Position numbers and translations under genes: made by a program. The notes beneath the pieces were generated by a model. It worked only from the letters and a program-made list of their open reading frames with translations. It made no database searches and was not told the origin of the DNA. From an uncultured Planctomycetota bacterium (lineage in GTDB: Bacteria > Planctomycetota > Planctomycetia > Isosphaerales > Isosphaeraceae), in NCBI GenBank assembly GCA_963823665.1, contig CAWGMQ010000004.1, positions 32,001-96,000 of the forward strand: DNA of 64,000 nt, in the 5' to 3' direction. Below are positions 53,247-62,431 of the stretch, piece by piece; the first letter of the stretch is position 1; each line of letters begins with the position of its first letter.

Positions 53247-54177
53247 ATGCCCAGCGGCAAGTACCAGCAAAGTGCCTCGCGCGCCAATCCGGCGTGCATC
53301 ATCTTCCTGCTCGACCAATCCTACTCGATGAACAACGGGATTGCCGGCAGTCCGCGGCCCAAGATCGACGCGCTGGCGACCGGGATCAACCGGTTCCTCG
53401 CCGATCTCATCACCCTTTGCGAGAAGGGTGAAGAAAAGCCGCGCAACTACTTCGACGTGGGCGTGATCGGCTATACGACCGATCGGATCGACCCACCCAA
53501 CCCCATCATCGGCTCCGTGCTCTCCGGAGCCAACGGAACGCTCGCCGGGCCGAGACCTGGTCTCCGTGAGCGACTTGTTTGACGACCCGCTGGCAATCGA
53601 AGACAAGCAGAAGATGGTCGACGACGGGGCCGGCGGCTTGATCAGCACGACCTTCAAGCTGCCGGTCTGGTATCGCAAGCCGGCCGACGCCCAGATGAGC
53701 GGCACGCCGATGTGTGCGGCGCTCGAATATGTGCGGAATATCGTGGCGCCGTGGTGCGCCAGCCATCCCGGCAGCTTCCCGCCAGTCGTCATTCACTTGA
53801 CCGACGGCGAGCCGACCGACGGCGAGCCCCAGGCGGCTGCCGATGCGCTCAAGGGGCTCTCGACCGACGACGGCGAGCTGCTGCTGTTCAACTGCCACAT
53901 CTCGGAGTCGCAGGCAAGCCCGGTCGTCTTCCCGAACAGCGAGCAAATCCTGCCGGATGAGCTGGCGAAATCACTCTTCCGGATGTCGAGCGAGCTGCCC
54001 GACAAGCTGCGCGGCGTCGCGGAGTCGAAGGGCGTGCTGGTGGGCCTCGGAGCGCGGGGCATGGTCTTCAACGCCGACGGAGCACAGATGCTGCTCCTCA
54101 TCCAGATGGGAACAGTGGGCGCACAGCAGGCAGCGCCCACGGAGTCATCCGCACCGCATTCACCGCTCCACTATTGA
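53247..54177 (+). CDS. TerY-like vWA domain protein (frameshift near 53550)
   Basis: MIDAS 'FLLDQSYSM', 'SGTPMCAAL' and 'IHLTDGEPTD'. RBS GAGGAG upstream. Confidence 0.88.
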
Positions 54178-54224
54178 TTGATCGCGTCGCGCTTTTTGAA
54201 ACCTCAAGCGGTGATTTCTGGGCC

Positions 54225-55500
54225 ATGAGCATGCCATTCGAAAACGACGAAGCGAACCGAGCCGGCGATCATCAGCTCCGATCGCTGCTGGTCAACAAGC
54301 TGTCCGCCGCGCGAAGGCTCGGCGACTTCGTTCGTGGTCTGTGGTCGAGCGCAGAAAGCCCCGAAACGCAGCCTGAGGCCGGCCCCGAGATTCCCGCCGG
54401 GAGCCTGCCGCTGCCCGACGTGGCTCTGGCAGCCGGAGCTTGTCGTCGCAGAATCTGAGCCCGAGAGCATTCCCGAGCCCGCAGCAGAACCGGCGCGACC
54501 CGCTCGGTTCGAGCTGCGCGTGCTCTGGGCCCCGAAGGGAGGCAACGACGAGAACGAGTGGGAAGACGGCTACGCCACCAATGCCGGCAACGGCATCGTT
54601 GCGCTCGCCGACGGCGCCGGCGACGGCATTTTCTCAAAACTGTGGGCCGACCTCTTGCTCGAAAGCTTCGTCGCCGAACCCATACCGCTCGAAGACGCGG
54701 CCGCGGTCGAGCCGTGGATTCTGGCGCAGCGGCGGGCGTGGCTCGATGCCATCCGGTACCCGGACCAGCGCTGGTCGATCCAGATGAAGATCGATCGATC
54801 GTGCGGCGCGGCGACGTTCGTCTCCCTCAAGCTCGATCCCGGGAGCGACGCGGGCGACGATCCGGGCCAGGCGATCGGCTGGACCGCCTGGGCCGTGGGC
54901 GATGCCTGCTTGTTCCACATTCGCGGCGGCGGCCTGACCGGGTCGTTCCCGGTCACGGCCTCGAGCGAGTTCGGCACCACGCCTTACCTCTATCAGTCGA
55001 AGCCGATGCGGCCGACGCCCACCGCGGTCGTGACGCGAGGAGAGCTGGGGCCGGACGACCTGATCATCTTTGCCACCGACGCCGTGGCCCAGCGGCTGCT
55101 CTTTGAAGTCGAGTCCGGAGCTCCGCCGGATTGGCGCCGTTTCTGGGACCTCGATCAGGAGACCTGGCGGCAGGAAATCGCGGAGCTCCGGGCACAAAAC
55201 GCAATTGTCAACGACGATTGCACGCTCCTGGTCATTCGCCTGCCGGTCGCGTCGCCGGAAGCTGCGGAACCGTACGACATCGAGCCGGCCCAGGTACCCG
55301 CTGATGCAGCGCCCGAGGAGATAGCCCCGACGGTATTCGACATGGCATGCGTCCGGGAAGTGACCGGCCGCCACGAGCAAGAGTGTGAGCCAACATCCGT
55401 GGCCGAGAGTGAAAGCGAGTTCGACGGCTCGCCCACGGCAATGCGTTCGGATAGCGCAACGTCCGAGCGGCCCTCGTCACGGGACGACGATCATGATTGA
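54225..55500 (+). CDS. PP2C-like (PP2C_2) Ser/Thr phosphatase (frameshift near 54420)
   Basis: 'PKGGN...EWEDG', 'ALADGAG', 'AATF', 'AVGDACL', 'FATDA' and 'NDDCTLL' motifs, with an acidic tail. Confidence 0.88.
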
Positions 55501-57934
55501 ACAACGTAAGCTGCCAGTGCCGATTTGCCCGGCGATCGCAATGGCGGCGCTCTTGATCGCAGCCGGCGGCCGCGCCGCGCCGGTGATGGCGCAGGATGCT
55601 CCCAACGAAAAAGCAACGACCGCGGCGCAACGGCTTGTGGCGAAGCTGCGGGCGGCGTGCGAGTCAGAAGTCAAGCTGCGCGGGGTGTTGGTCGAGGCGG
55701 ACGAGCTGCACGACGGCCTCCTTTCGCTCAAGGGAACGATCGATCGCCGGGAGCAGGCGAGCTTGATCGAGGCGGAAGCCAAGCGATTGCTGGACGAAAC
55801 GCCGGCCTGGAAAGCCGATGTTCCAGGCGGAGTGAGCGCCGCCAAGCTGATCGTATTTCCGATCAGGAGCGAGGTGCTCCCGAAGCTGCGCGCCGACATG
55901 GCCAAAGCGGCATCGCCCGCGGCGGCCAATCCCAGCTTGTTCCGTCAGACCCGGATTGACGACCTTTATTTCGATGCGGATGGATGTTTGCGGGTCGACG
56001 CCCTGTGCATCAATCAGCGAGCCTATCTCGCGCGCAAGAACCCGGCCGCGTTTCCGAAGGACGACCCGGTGGGGGAGATTCGCCGGGAGGTCCATAAACG
56101 GCTGCAGGGCTATCCTCTTCCGGAAAATGTCGACCGAAAGTTGATCGCAGATCTTCGAGGCGGCCGGCTTGCATTCGAGCCAAACCCGGCGCGGCTTCTA
56201 CAGCAGTTTGCGAATGAGGCAAAGCTCGACGACGTTGTGTTCCGTGACGCGTGGTTTGACGCGAAGGGTGAGCTGAAGGTCGACGGTCTGCTCGGTGGCG
56301 AAAAGACGGACGAGCGAGCTTTGGCGGCGAGCCTGGCGGCCCGGCCCGAGGTCGCGAGTGTGTATGCTAGACCCTCCGGTGAGCCGGCGATGAAGCCCGC
56401 AGACGTGGTCGCGCCGATGTCGGTTGCTCCGTGGCGAACGACGCTGCTCGCGGGCGTTCAGAAACGCTTCGCGGACGACGCGAATTCCAAGGGGTCCTTG
56501 AGCATTCTACGTCATTGCCGGATTGACCGCGCACGGTTCACGTGCTCGGAAAACGCGGGCCTGACCCTCAAGTTTGAATTCGTCGCGCTGGTCACTGGCA
56601 AAGAGCAGGTTGCCGTCGGCACACACCTCATGAAGGCCAGCAAAGAACAGATCAAGTTCCCATTCGACGTGGATCCGATCCCCACACGCCTCAACTCGCC
56701 TCTTCCCGCGCTGCAGCAGAAAGTGGCGACGACTCCCGCGCTCGACGGCGCACGGCTGGACGATCTGGTATTTGGTCCGACCGGCAAGCCGACGCTGGTG
56801 GGTCGATGGCTCGGGCCCGCGCAGGCGGAGACAATTGATGCGGTGCTGGTCCCCCTGGTCGTGGAGCACACAAAGGGAAAGGTAACCGGTCCGCTCGAGA
56901 AGAGGTTGATCGCACTCCCAAGCGACCGGCTGCTCAAAAGCCTTCGGAAGAGGTTGCTCACCTCGCCCAACGAGACCAGCCTCGATCGGCTCTTCTTCCG
57001 GCCCGCCGCCCTACAAAACGTCCGCCCCGAGATCGTGCTGCAAGGGGCCACGCTCGAGACCACGCTTTCGGAGACGAAGAGTCATATCGAATGGTGGTTG
57101 AAGGTCGATGAGCTTGCCAGGGACGTGGGTACCGCGGTCGTCGAGCTCACGCCTCGTTCCAGGAGCCTTCTCACCGAGCTGCGCAAGCTGGTGGCGGGCG
57201 ACACGGCGCTCGACGGGGTGCTGGTCAAGAGCGCTTCGTTTGACGAAGAAAACAACCTTGTCCTCACAGGCCGCCAGGACCGCGACGGCCAGGCGCAGGG
57301 TGCCATCGCGCTCATTCCGAAAGCCGCGGCCGTCGCCTGGAAGGGATTGCCGCCTCCAAAAGCCGCGGCGGAAGGAGCTTTCGCCGTTTTTCCGCTTGCG
57401 TCGTTGCTCAAGGACTTGTCGAGCAAACTCCAATCCTACAGTGAATCCGACGGCGTGATGTTGACACGAGCATACTATGACGAGAAGGCTGAGCTGGTGC
57501 TTGCCGGGCGGGCCTCGAGCCCGCGGGGCGACCACTCGCCGCTCGAGCGGCGAATCAAAATGTTGATCGGGGACGATGCAGATATCAAGCTGGCGTCGCT
57601 CTCGCTCAAGCCCGAAGAAGCCGACCCCGAGCGGAAAGACAAGATCGTGGGCAAGAGCGTCGACGCGCTTGCCGCGGGAAATCTCGCGAGCTTCCCCCTG
57701 AGCGATCTCGACGAGGTCGTTTTCCTGGCGCCCAAGGATTCGATGGCCTGGTACCTGCGCGGAGCTTACTACTACCTGAGCAGGGATCAACCCCTTGCGA
57801 AGCGAGATCTCGGTCGCGCCCGCGCACTGGAAAAAAAATATCCGTCTTTGGACCGTGATCGGCGCCAGATCCTGGAGCGATTTCAAGGGCCCCTTCGTTC
57901 GACGCTCGAGGAGCTGATGGAGGCATCGCGTTAG
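55493..57934 (+). CDS. Secreted protein with ~8 BON-like repeats and a C-terminal TPR-like hairpin
   Basis: Signal ending VMA-QD. Recurrent 'LDG(V/A).(L/V)....FD....L.L.G' units. C-terminal 'APKDSMAWYLRGAYY'. The BON assignment is tentative. Confidence 0.72.
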   Translation: MIEQRKLPVPICPAIAMAALLIAAGGRAAPVMAQDAPNEKATTAAQRLVAKLRAACESEVKLRGVLVEADELHDGLLSLKGTIDRREQASLIEAEAKRLLDETPAWKADVPGGVSAAKLIVFPIRSEVLPKLRADMAKAASPAAANPSLFRQTRIDDLYFDADGCLRVDALCINQRAYLARKNPAAFPKDDPVGEIRREVHKRLQGYPLPENVDRKLIADLRGGRLAFEPNPARLLQQFANEAKLDDVVFRDAWFDAKGELKVDGLLGGEKTDERALAASLAARPEVASVYARPSGEPAMKPADVVAPMSVAPWRTTLLAGVQKRFADDANSKGSLSILRHCRIDRARFTCSENAGLTLKFEFVALVTGKEQVAVGTHLMKASKEQIKFPFDVDPIPTRLNSPLPALQQKVATTPALDGARLDDLVFGPTGKPTLVGRWLGPAQAETIDAVLVPLVVEHTKGKVTGPLEKRLIALPSDRLLKSLRKRLLTSPNETSLDRLFFRPAALQNVRPEIVLQGATLETTLSETKSHIEWWLKVDELARDVGTAVVELTPRSRSLLTELRKLVAGDTALDGVLVKSASFDEENNLVLTGRQDRDGQAQGAIALIPKAAAVAWKGLPPPKAAAEGAFAVFPLASLLKDLSSKLQSYSESDGVMLTRAYYDEKAELVLAGRASSPRGDHSPLERRIKMLIGDDADIKLASLSLKPEEADPERKDKIVGKSVDALAAGNLASFPLSDLDEVVFLAPKDSMAWYLRGAYYYLSRDQPLAKRDLGRARALEKKYPSLDRDRRQILERFQGPLRSTLEELMEASR

Positions 57935-57947
57935 TCGGAGGTTTCCG

Positions 57948-59555
57948 ATGGCGACCGGCGGCCTGGAGGGTATGACCGATGGTGCGCCGCCGGCCTGGTC
58001 TCGTTTCAGGGTCTGGGTGGATGCGAGCGTCGGTGTCACCCTCGTCGTTGTGCTTGGAGTGATCTACGTCGTGGATGCTCGGACGTTCTCTTCGGCGCCA
58101 CCTGCGCTTTCACAATCGGACCACAGGGAGGCGGCGCTCGAGCCCCCCGAGCCGCCCCCGCCGCCTCCACTCGAGGAGCGCGCTGCGTTCGATCCGACCC
58201 CCAGAATCGAGCTTCACACGACGGACGACGGCCGGTTCGGCCTGCTTTGCCTCTCCGGCAACCCCGACGACAGCACCGACGACGGCAAGAGGCTGACGTT
58301 CAGCCCGGACGGGAAGACGAACAACACGCGCGTCATGGTCGACGGCCGGGCGCCCATCTTCGGCGGATCGCAGGGCGAGACCCTCGAGTCGTGGCACGCC
58401 GGTCCCGGCGAATCGACGGTCATGGACTGGTCCTATCGAGATGTACTGGTGCGGCAATCGCTCCGGCTCGTGCCCGGCGAAGTCTCGCACCGCGTCGATA
58501 CCGTGCGCGTGGCATACGAGCTCACGAACAAGGGTTCGAAGACCCGCCAGGTGGGTCTGCGCGTCATGCTGGATACGCTCATCGGGGATAACGACGGTGT
58601 GCCGTTCATCGTGCCCGGCCGCGACGGGATCGTCACCCGAACGCTGGACATGACTGGGGGCGACGTGCCTGACTTCGTGCGCTCGCTCGAGCGGCCGAGC
58701 CTCGCGAGCCCGGGTGTGATCGTTGATCTCAACCTCGTGCCCGAACCGGGCGAGCCCCGGCCCAGCGAGGTTTTGCTTTCTCACTGGCCCGGTGCGGAGG
58801 CGGGATGGTCCTACGCTCGCCCCGCGTCGTTTGTCGACGACACGGCGGTGGCCGTCTATTACGCGCCCCAGGCCCTCGAGCCGGGCCAGACGCGTTCGAT
58901 CGGATTTGGATACGGCCTGGGAACGATATCGAGCACCGGGACCAGAAATGCGCAGTTGAGCCTCACAGCCGGCGGCCCGATCAAGGCCGGTGCAGCGTTC
59001 TGGCTGGTCGCGCTCGTGAACAAGCCCCGGCCGGGCCAGACGGTCACGCTCGTATTGCCGCAGGGGCTGGCACCTCGCCGTCCCGGATCACTCTCGCAAT
59101 CGGTGCAGGGCTCCGGCGCATACACGCAGTTGAGCTGGCTGGTCGAGGTCGCACCGGAAGTTCTCGGAGAGGTAACGGTCGCAGCCTTACTGGAGCCTGG
59201 CGGAATCAGCGAACAGCAATCGCTCAGTGTCGGGCCCGCGGACGCACAGCTATCGCTCGTGCCTCGTGGACCGTTCCGTTCGGGCCGGCCATTCTGGATC
59301 TCGGCGCTCGTGCATAACCCGCATTCCGGTCAGTCGGTAACCGTTACACTTCCCGACGGCTTGACTCTCGCGAAAGGCCACACCCCGTCGAAAAGCACGG
59401 GTGCCGCTGATCCGGCCGGATTTGCCCAGATCAATTGGCTGGTAATTCCCACATCGCGCCAGGGCGGCCGTGTGGAGCTTCAAGCGCAGCTTGTTCCCGA
59501 AGGGGTCGTTGCCCGTGCGACAGTCGAGATCAAGCCCGGTGATTTGACGCATTGA
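57948..59555 (+). CDS. Single-TM protein with an extracytoplasmic beta-sandwich domain and two Ig-like repeats
   Basis: N-terminal TM, Pro linker and 'VGLRVMLDTLIGDNDGVPF' domain. Two repeats of 'AQLSL...GP...G..FW..ALV..P..GQ.VT..LP.GL...Q..WLV'. Confidence 0.8.
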   Translation: MATGGLEGMTDGAPPAWSRFRVWVDASVGVTLVVVLGVIYVVDARTFSSAPPALSQSDHREAALEPPEPPPPPPLEERAAFDPTPRIELHTTDDGRFGLLCLSGNPDDSTDDGKRLTFSPDGKTNNTRVMVDGRAPIFGGSQGETLESWHAGPGESTVMDWSYRDVLVRQSLRLVPGEVSHRVDTVRVAYELTNKGSKTRQVGLRVMLDTLIGDNDGVPFIVPGRDGIVTRTLDMTGGDVPDFVRSLERPSLASPGVIVDLNLVPEPGEPRPSEVLLSHWPGAEAGWSYARPASFVDDTAVAVYYAPQALEPGQTRSIGFGYGLGTISSTGTRNAQLSLTAGGPIKAGAAFWLVALVNKPRPGQTVTLVLPQGLAPRRPGSLSQSVQGSGAYTQLSWLVEVAPEVLGEVTVAALLEPGGISEQQSLSVGPADAQLSLVPRGPFRSGRPFWISALVHNPHSGQSVTVTLPDGLTLAKGHTPSKSTGAADPAGFAQINWLVIPTSRQGGRVELQAQLVPEGVVARATVEIKPGDLTH

Positions 59556-59564
59556 GAGGTGTGT

Positions 59565-60788
59565 ATGTCTCTAGGACGGCTGATTTACTATAGTGCGATT
59601 ATCGGCGGGTGGTCGGCTCTTGTAGGGTGGCTGATCTCGGAGCTCACGCTGAGCCCCGGCGAAGGGAATCTGAGCGTTGCACTCACGTGCGCGCTCGTCG
59701 GCGCTGCGATCGGAATGGGACTGAACTTGCTCGCCGGGATGGCCAACGCCCGGTTCACCCAGCAGTTGAAGCGAGCCGTGCCGGGCTTGCTCGCGGGGGG
59801 ATTGGGCGGAGCGGTTGGAGGATTTCTGGGAAACGTCCTGTTCAGCGTCTTCAGCGTTTTCGGCGCCAATGTCCGGGCAATCGGCTGGATGGTGATGGGG
59901 GCCGGGATCGGTGTCGTCGAAGGGCTTTACGAGCGATCGCCGGCGAAGTTGCGCAACGGGCTGATCGGGGGTGCGATCGGGGGGTTTCTGGGCGGGATCC
60001 TCTTTGACCCGATCTCGCACATGATGGCGTCGAGCTCCTCCGGCATGAGCAGCCGGGCGACCGCATTCGTGATTCTGGGTATGTGCATCGGTATCTTGAT
60101 CGGCCTCGTGAAGGTCGTTTTCAAGGACGCGTGGCTCACGGTCCTGGACGGCTACCGCCCTGGCCGCCAGCTTATTCTCTCGGACGCACAGACAATCCTG
60201 GGCCGGGCCGAGTATGCGGCCTTGCCGTTCATGGGCAAGAACGATTCCACGCTGGAACTGGTCCACGCCAAGATCGTGCGCCAGCCCAACGGACGATTCG
60301 TCCTCGAAGACAACAAGACCAAGGAGGGCACGCGGCTGAATAATGTGCGGATCGACGGCCCGACGGTGCTGAGCGACGGAGACGTGATCCGCGTGGGGTA
60401 CAACTCGATCAAGTTCAGCGAGCGCCACCGCAAGGCCGGCGAGCCTGCCATGGCTCAAGCGGCCCCCCCAGCCAGGCCGACGGTCCAGGCACCGGCTCCG
60501 GTGCCGATCCCCCCGCTGCCGGCCGCAGCGACCACCGTCAAGCCGCCGGCCTCGGCTGTTCCTCCATCGAGCAGACAGGCTCCGATTCCAGCCGCTTCCC
60601 CCGTCATGAAGCCGCCGGCTCCGGCGCCCGCGCCGAAGCCCGTGCCGGCCGCACCGCTTGCTGCAACCGCCAGCCCTCGACCGCCTGCGCCGGTGACCGC
60701 GTTCGACGGATCGATGATTTGTCCAAGCTGCAAGAAGCCCGTACCCAAGGGCCAGCGTTACTGCATCGTCTGCGACATGTATTTCTGA
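59565..60788 (+). CDS. Multi-TM protein with FHA domain, Pro/Ala-rich linker and C-terminal Zn ribbon
   Basis: About six Gly-rich TM helices. FHA 'ILGRAE...HAKI...LEDNKTKEGTRLNN..I..P..L.DGD.IRVG'. C-terminal CPSC...CIVC. Confidence 0.9.
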   Translation: MSLGRLIYYSAIIGGWSALVGWLISELTLSPGEGNLSVALTCALVGAAIGMGLNLLAGMANARFTQQLKRAVPGLLAGGLGGAVGGFLGNVLFSVFSVFGANVRAIGWMVMGAGIGVVEGLYERSPAKLRNGLIGGAIGGFLGGILFDPISHMMASSSSGMSSRATAFVILGMCIGILIGLVKVVFKDAWLTVLDGYRPGRQLILSDAQTILGRAEYAALPFMGKNDSTLELVHAKIVRQPNGRFVLEDNKTKEGTRLNNVRIDGPTVLSDGDVIRVGYNSIKFSERHRKAGEPAMAQAAPPARPTVQAPAPVPIPPLPAAATTVKPPASAVPPSSRQAPIPAASPVMKPPAPAPAPKPVPAAPLAATASPRPPAPVTAFDGSMICPSCKKPVPKGQRYCIVCDMYF

Positions 60789-60792
60789 GCGG

Positions 60793-62364
60793 TCATTCAC
60801 GCGTCTGCGCGTCGCGTTCGTCCAGGATGATGACGAGCGCGCGCTCGGCAGCCTGCTTGACCAGAGCGTCCCGATCGTCGCACAAGGAGCGGATTTTCGG
60901 GACGGCAATCGCGGACTTGGTTCCGAAGTGTCCAAGCGCCTCGATGGCTGCGATGCGAGCGGGTCCGGAATCCGAGCGAAGGACACCCAGAAGAGCCGTC
61001 ACCGCTTTGTCGGCCAGCGGAGTGTCCGGGGCGATCAGGCCCAGCGCTCGAGCCGCTTCTTGCTCGATGTTAACGTTGTGGCCGGGGCCAGATTCCCTCA
61101 CCAGTTGGATGAGGACGGGGATGGCCGGCGCGGCGTCCGGGCCGAAATGGCTCAGGGCATAGATCGCGGGGGACTGAAGGATGCGGTCGCCGGATCGGAG
61201 CGTGTCGGTCAGCCGCGCGATTGCCTCTTCGGAAAACTCTGACCCGGGTGCGATTCGACCGAGAACGCCAGAGGCGGCCGACGCGAGATTCTGTCGTGCG
61301 TAACCCGGCACGGGTCCATCTTTGCCGACTGGGTCCGTCAAGATGCGAAGCAGATCGGGGACGGCGTCTCCCGCTTTGGGCCCGAGCCGGCCCAGGAGAT
61401 TGGTGACCGCCGATCGGACTGCCCAATCGCGACTTTCCAGGCCCTTGATCAGAGCCGGCACGCATTCCGCTGTGACTGCTGGTGGAAGGATGTCCGCGTT
61501 CAACGCGCGCAATCCCCTGGTGCGGACCGCTTCGTCAGGGTCATGCTCCGCCAGTTCCACCAGGGAAGGCATCCACGAATCGAGGCCGCGCCGAAATTTA
61601 GCCAGCGTGCGGACCGCCGATTCTCGGTTCTCGGCTGATTGATCCTTCAAGCTCGTTGCGAGCGCCTGAGGTGGCCCGGCCATTGAGCCGGCCGCGGCGG
61701 CCAGAGCGACGATGGCCGCACCGCGAACCTTGACCTCGGGATCGCCAAGCAAGTCGGTAACGGCGGCGATCACCGCGCGGGTATCAACCGGAGTGTTACC
61801 CACGGCCGTAGCACGCGGCGCCGCTTTCATTCCGCCAGGTAGAGGCGTGTCGTCGACGAGTAGACGCCGCGCGGAGGCGATGTACCCCAGGGTGATCGCC
61901 GACGCGGCCCGCACACCCGGCTGCGGATCGTGCAGTAACTTGACGAGCGCCGTTACCGCAGCGGCGATGGACTGGCGGTCGGCGCCGGTCTCAACAACAC
62001 GAATGCCAAACTCGCCGAGCGCTTCGGCCGATGCGGCGCGGACCTGCGGATCCTGGTCGTCGAGCATTTCGGTCAGCGAACGGACGGCGATCGCATTGTC
62101 CGCGAAGCTCAGCCGGCCCAGGACCTGAATCGCCGCCACGCGTTTTGTCGTATTCGGCAACCGTAGCGTCTCACGCGCGCGGGCCTCGAGTGCTCGCTCC
62201 TCAGCGAGGTATGGATCGCGGTTCTGCCACACCACGCGCGCCATCCACAAAATCAGCGCGCAGCACGCAACCAGCGCGATCAGCCCGCGCAGACCCGTCT
62301 GATAGCGCCGGGCCCGTTTGACCTTGGGCAACTCTGCTGGAGGAGGATCATCATGCTCGGCCAT
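60793..62364 (-). CDS. Membrane-anchored HEAT-repeat protein
   Basis: N-terminal TM. Repeated 'L.D.DP.VRAA.A.ALG' and 'A..A(V/I)P.L' units. Confidence 0.9.
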   Translation of the reverse strand: MAEHDDPPPAELPKVKRARRYQTGLRGLIALVACCALILWMARVVWQNRDPYLAEERALEARARETLRLPNTTKRVAAIQVLGRLSFADNAIAVRSLTEMLDDQDPQVRAASAEALGEFGIRVVETGADRQSIAAAVTALVKLLHDPQPGVRAASAITLGYIASARRLLVDDTPLPGGMKAAPRATAVGNTPVDTRAVIAAVTDLLGDPEVKVRGAAIVALAAAAGSMAGPPQALATSLKDQSAENRESAVRTLAKFRRGLDSWMPSLVELAEHDPDEAVRTRGLRALNADILPPAVTAECVPALIKGLESRDWAVRSAVTNLLGRLGPKAGDAVPDLLRILTDPVGKDGPVPGYARQNLASAASGVLGRIAPGSEFSEEAIARLTDTLRSGDRILQSPAIYALSHFGPDAAPAIPVLIQLVRESGPGHNVNIEQEAARALGLIAPDTPLADKAVTALLGVLRSDSGPARIAAIEALGHFGTKSAIAVPKIRSLCDDRDALVKQAAERALVIILDERDAQTRE

Positions 62365-62431
62365 GCCAGCCTCCTGCGTCGATCCACGCGCCCGTATGGG
62401 GATTCACTACGACCCGTATCTGACAATCATA

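Noticed and set aside
42254..60788. Type VI/VII secretion or tellurite-resistance (ter) cluster
   Set aside because: FHA, kinase, PP2C and vWA occur in such loci, but no sheath, Hcp, VgrG, FtsK-ATPase or TerD/TerB/TerC genes are recognisable.
59571..60986. 471-aa minus-strand ORF
   Set aside because: Antisense to the clearly motif-bearing FHA gene.
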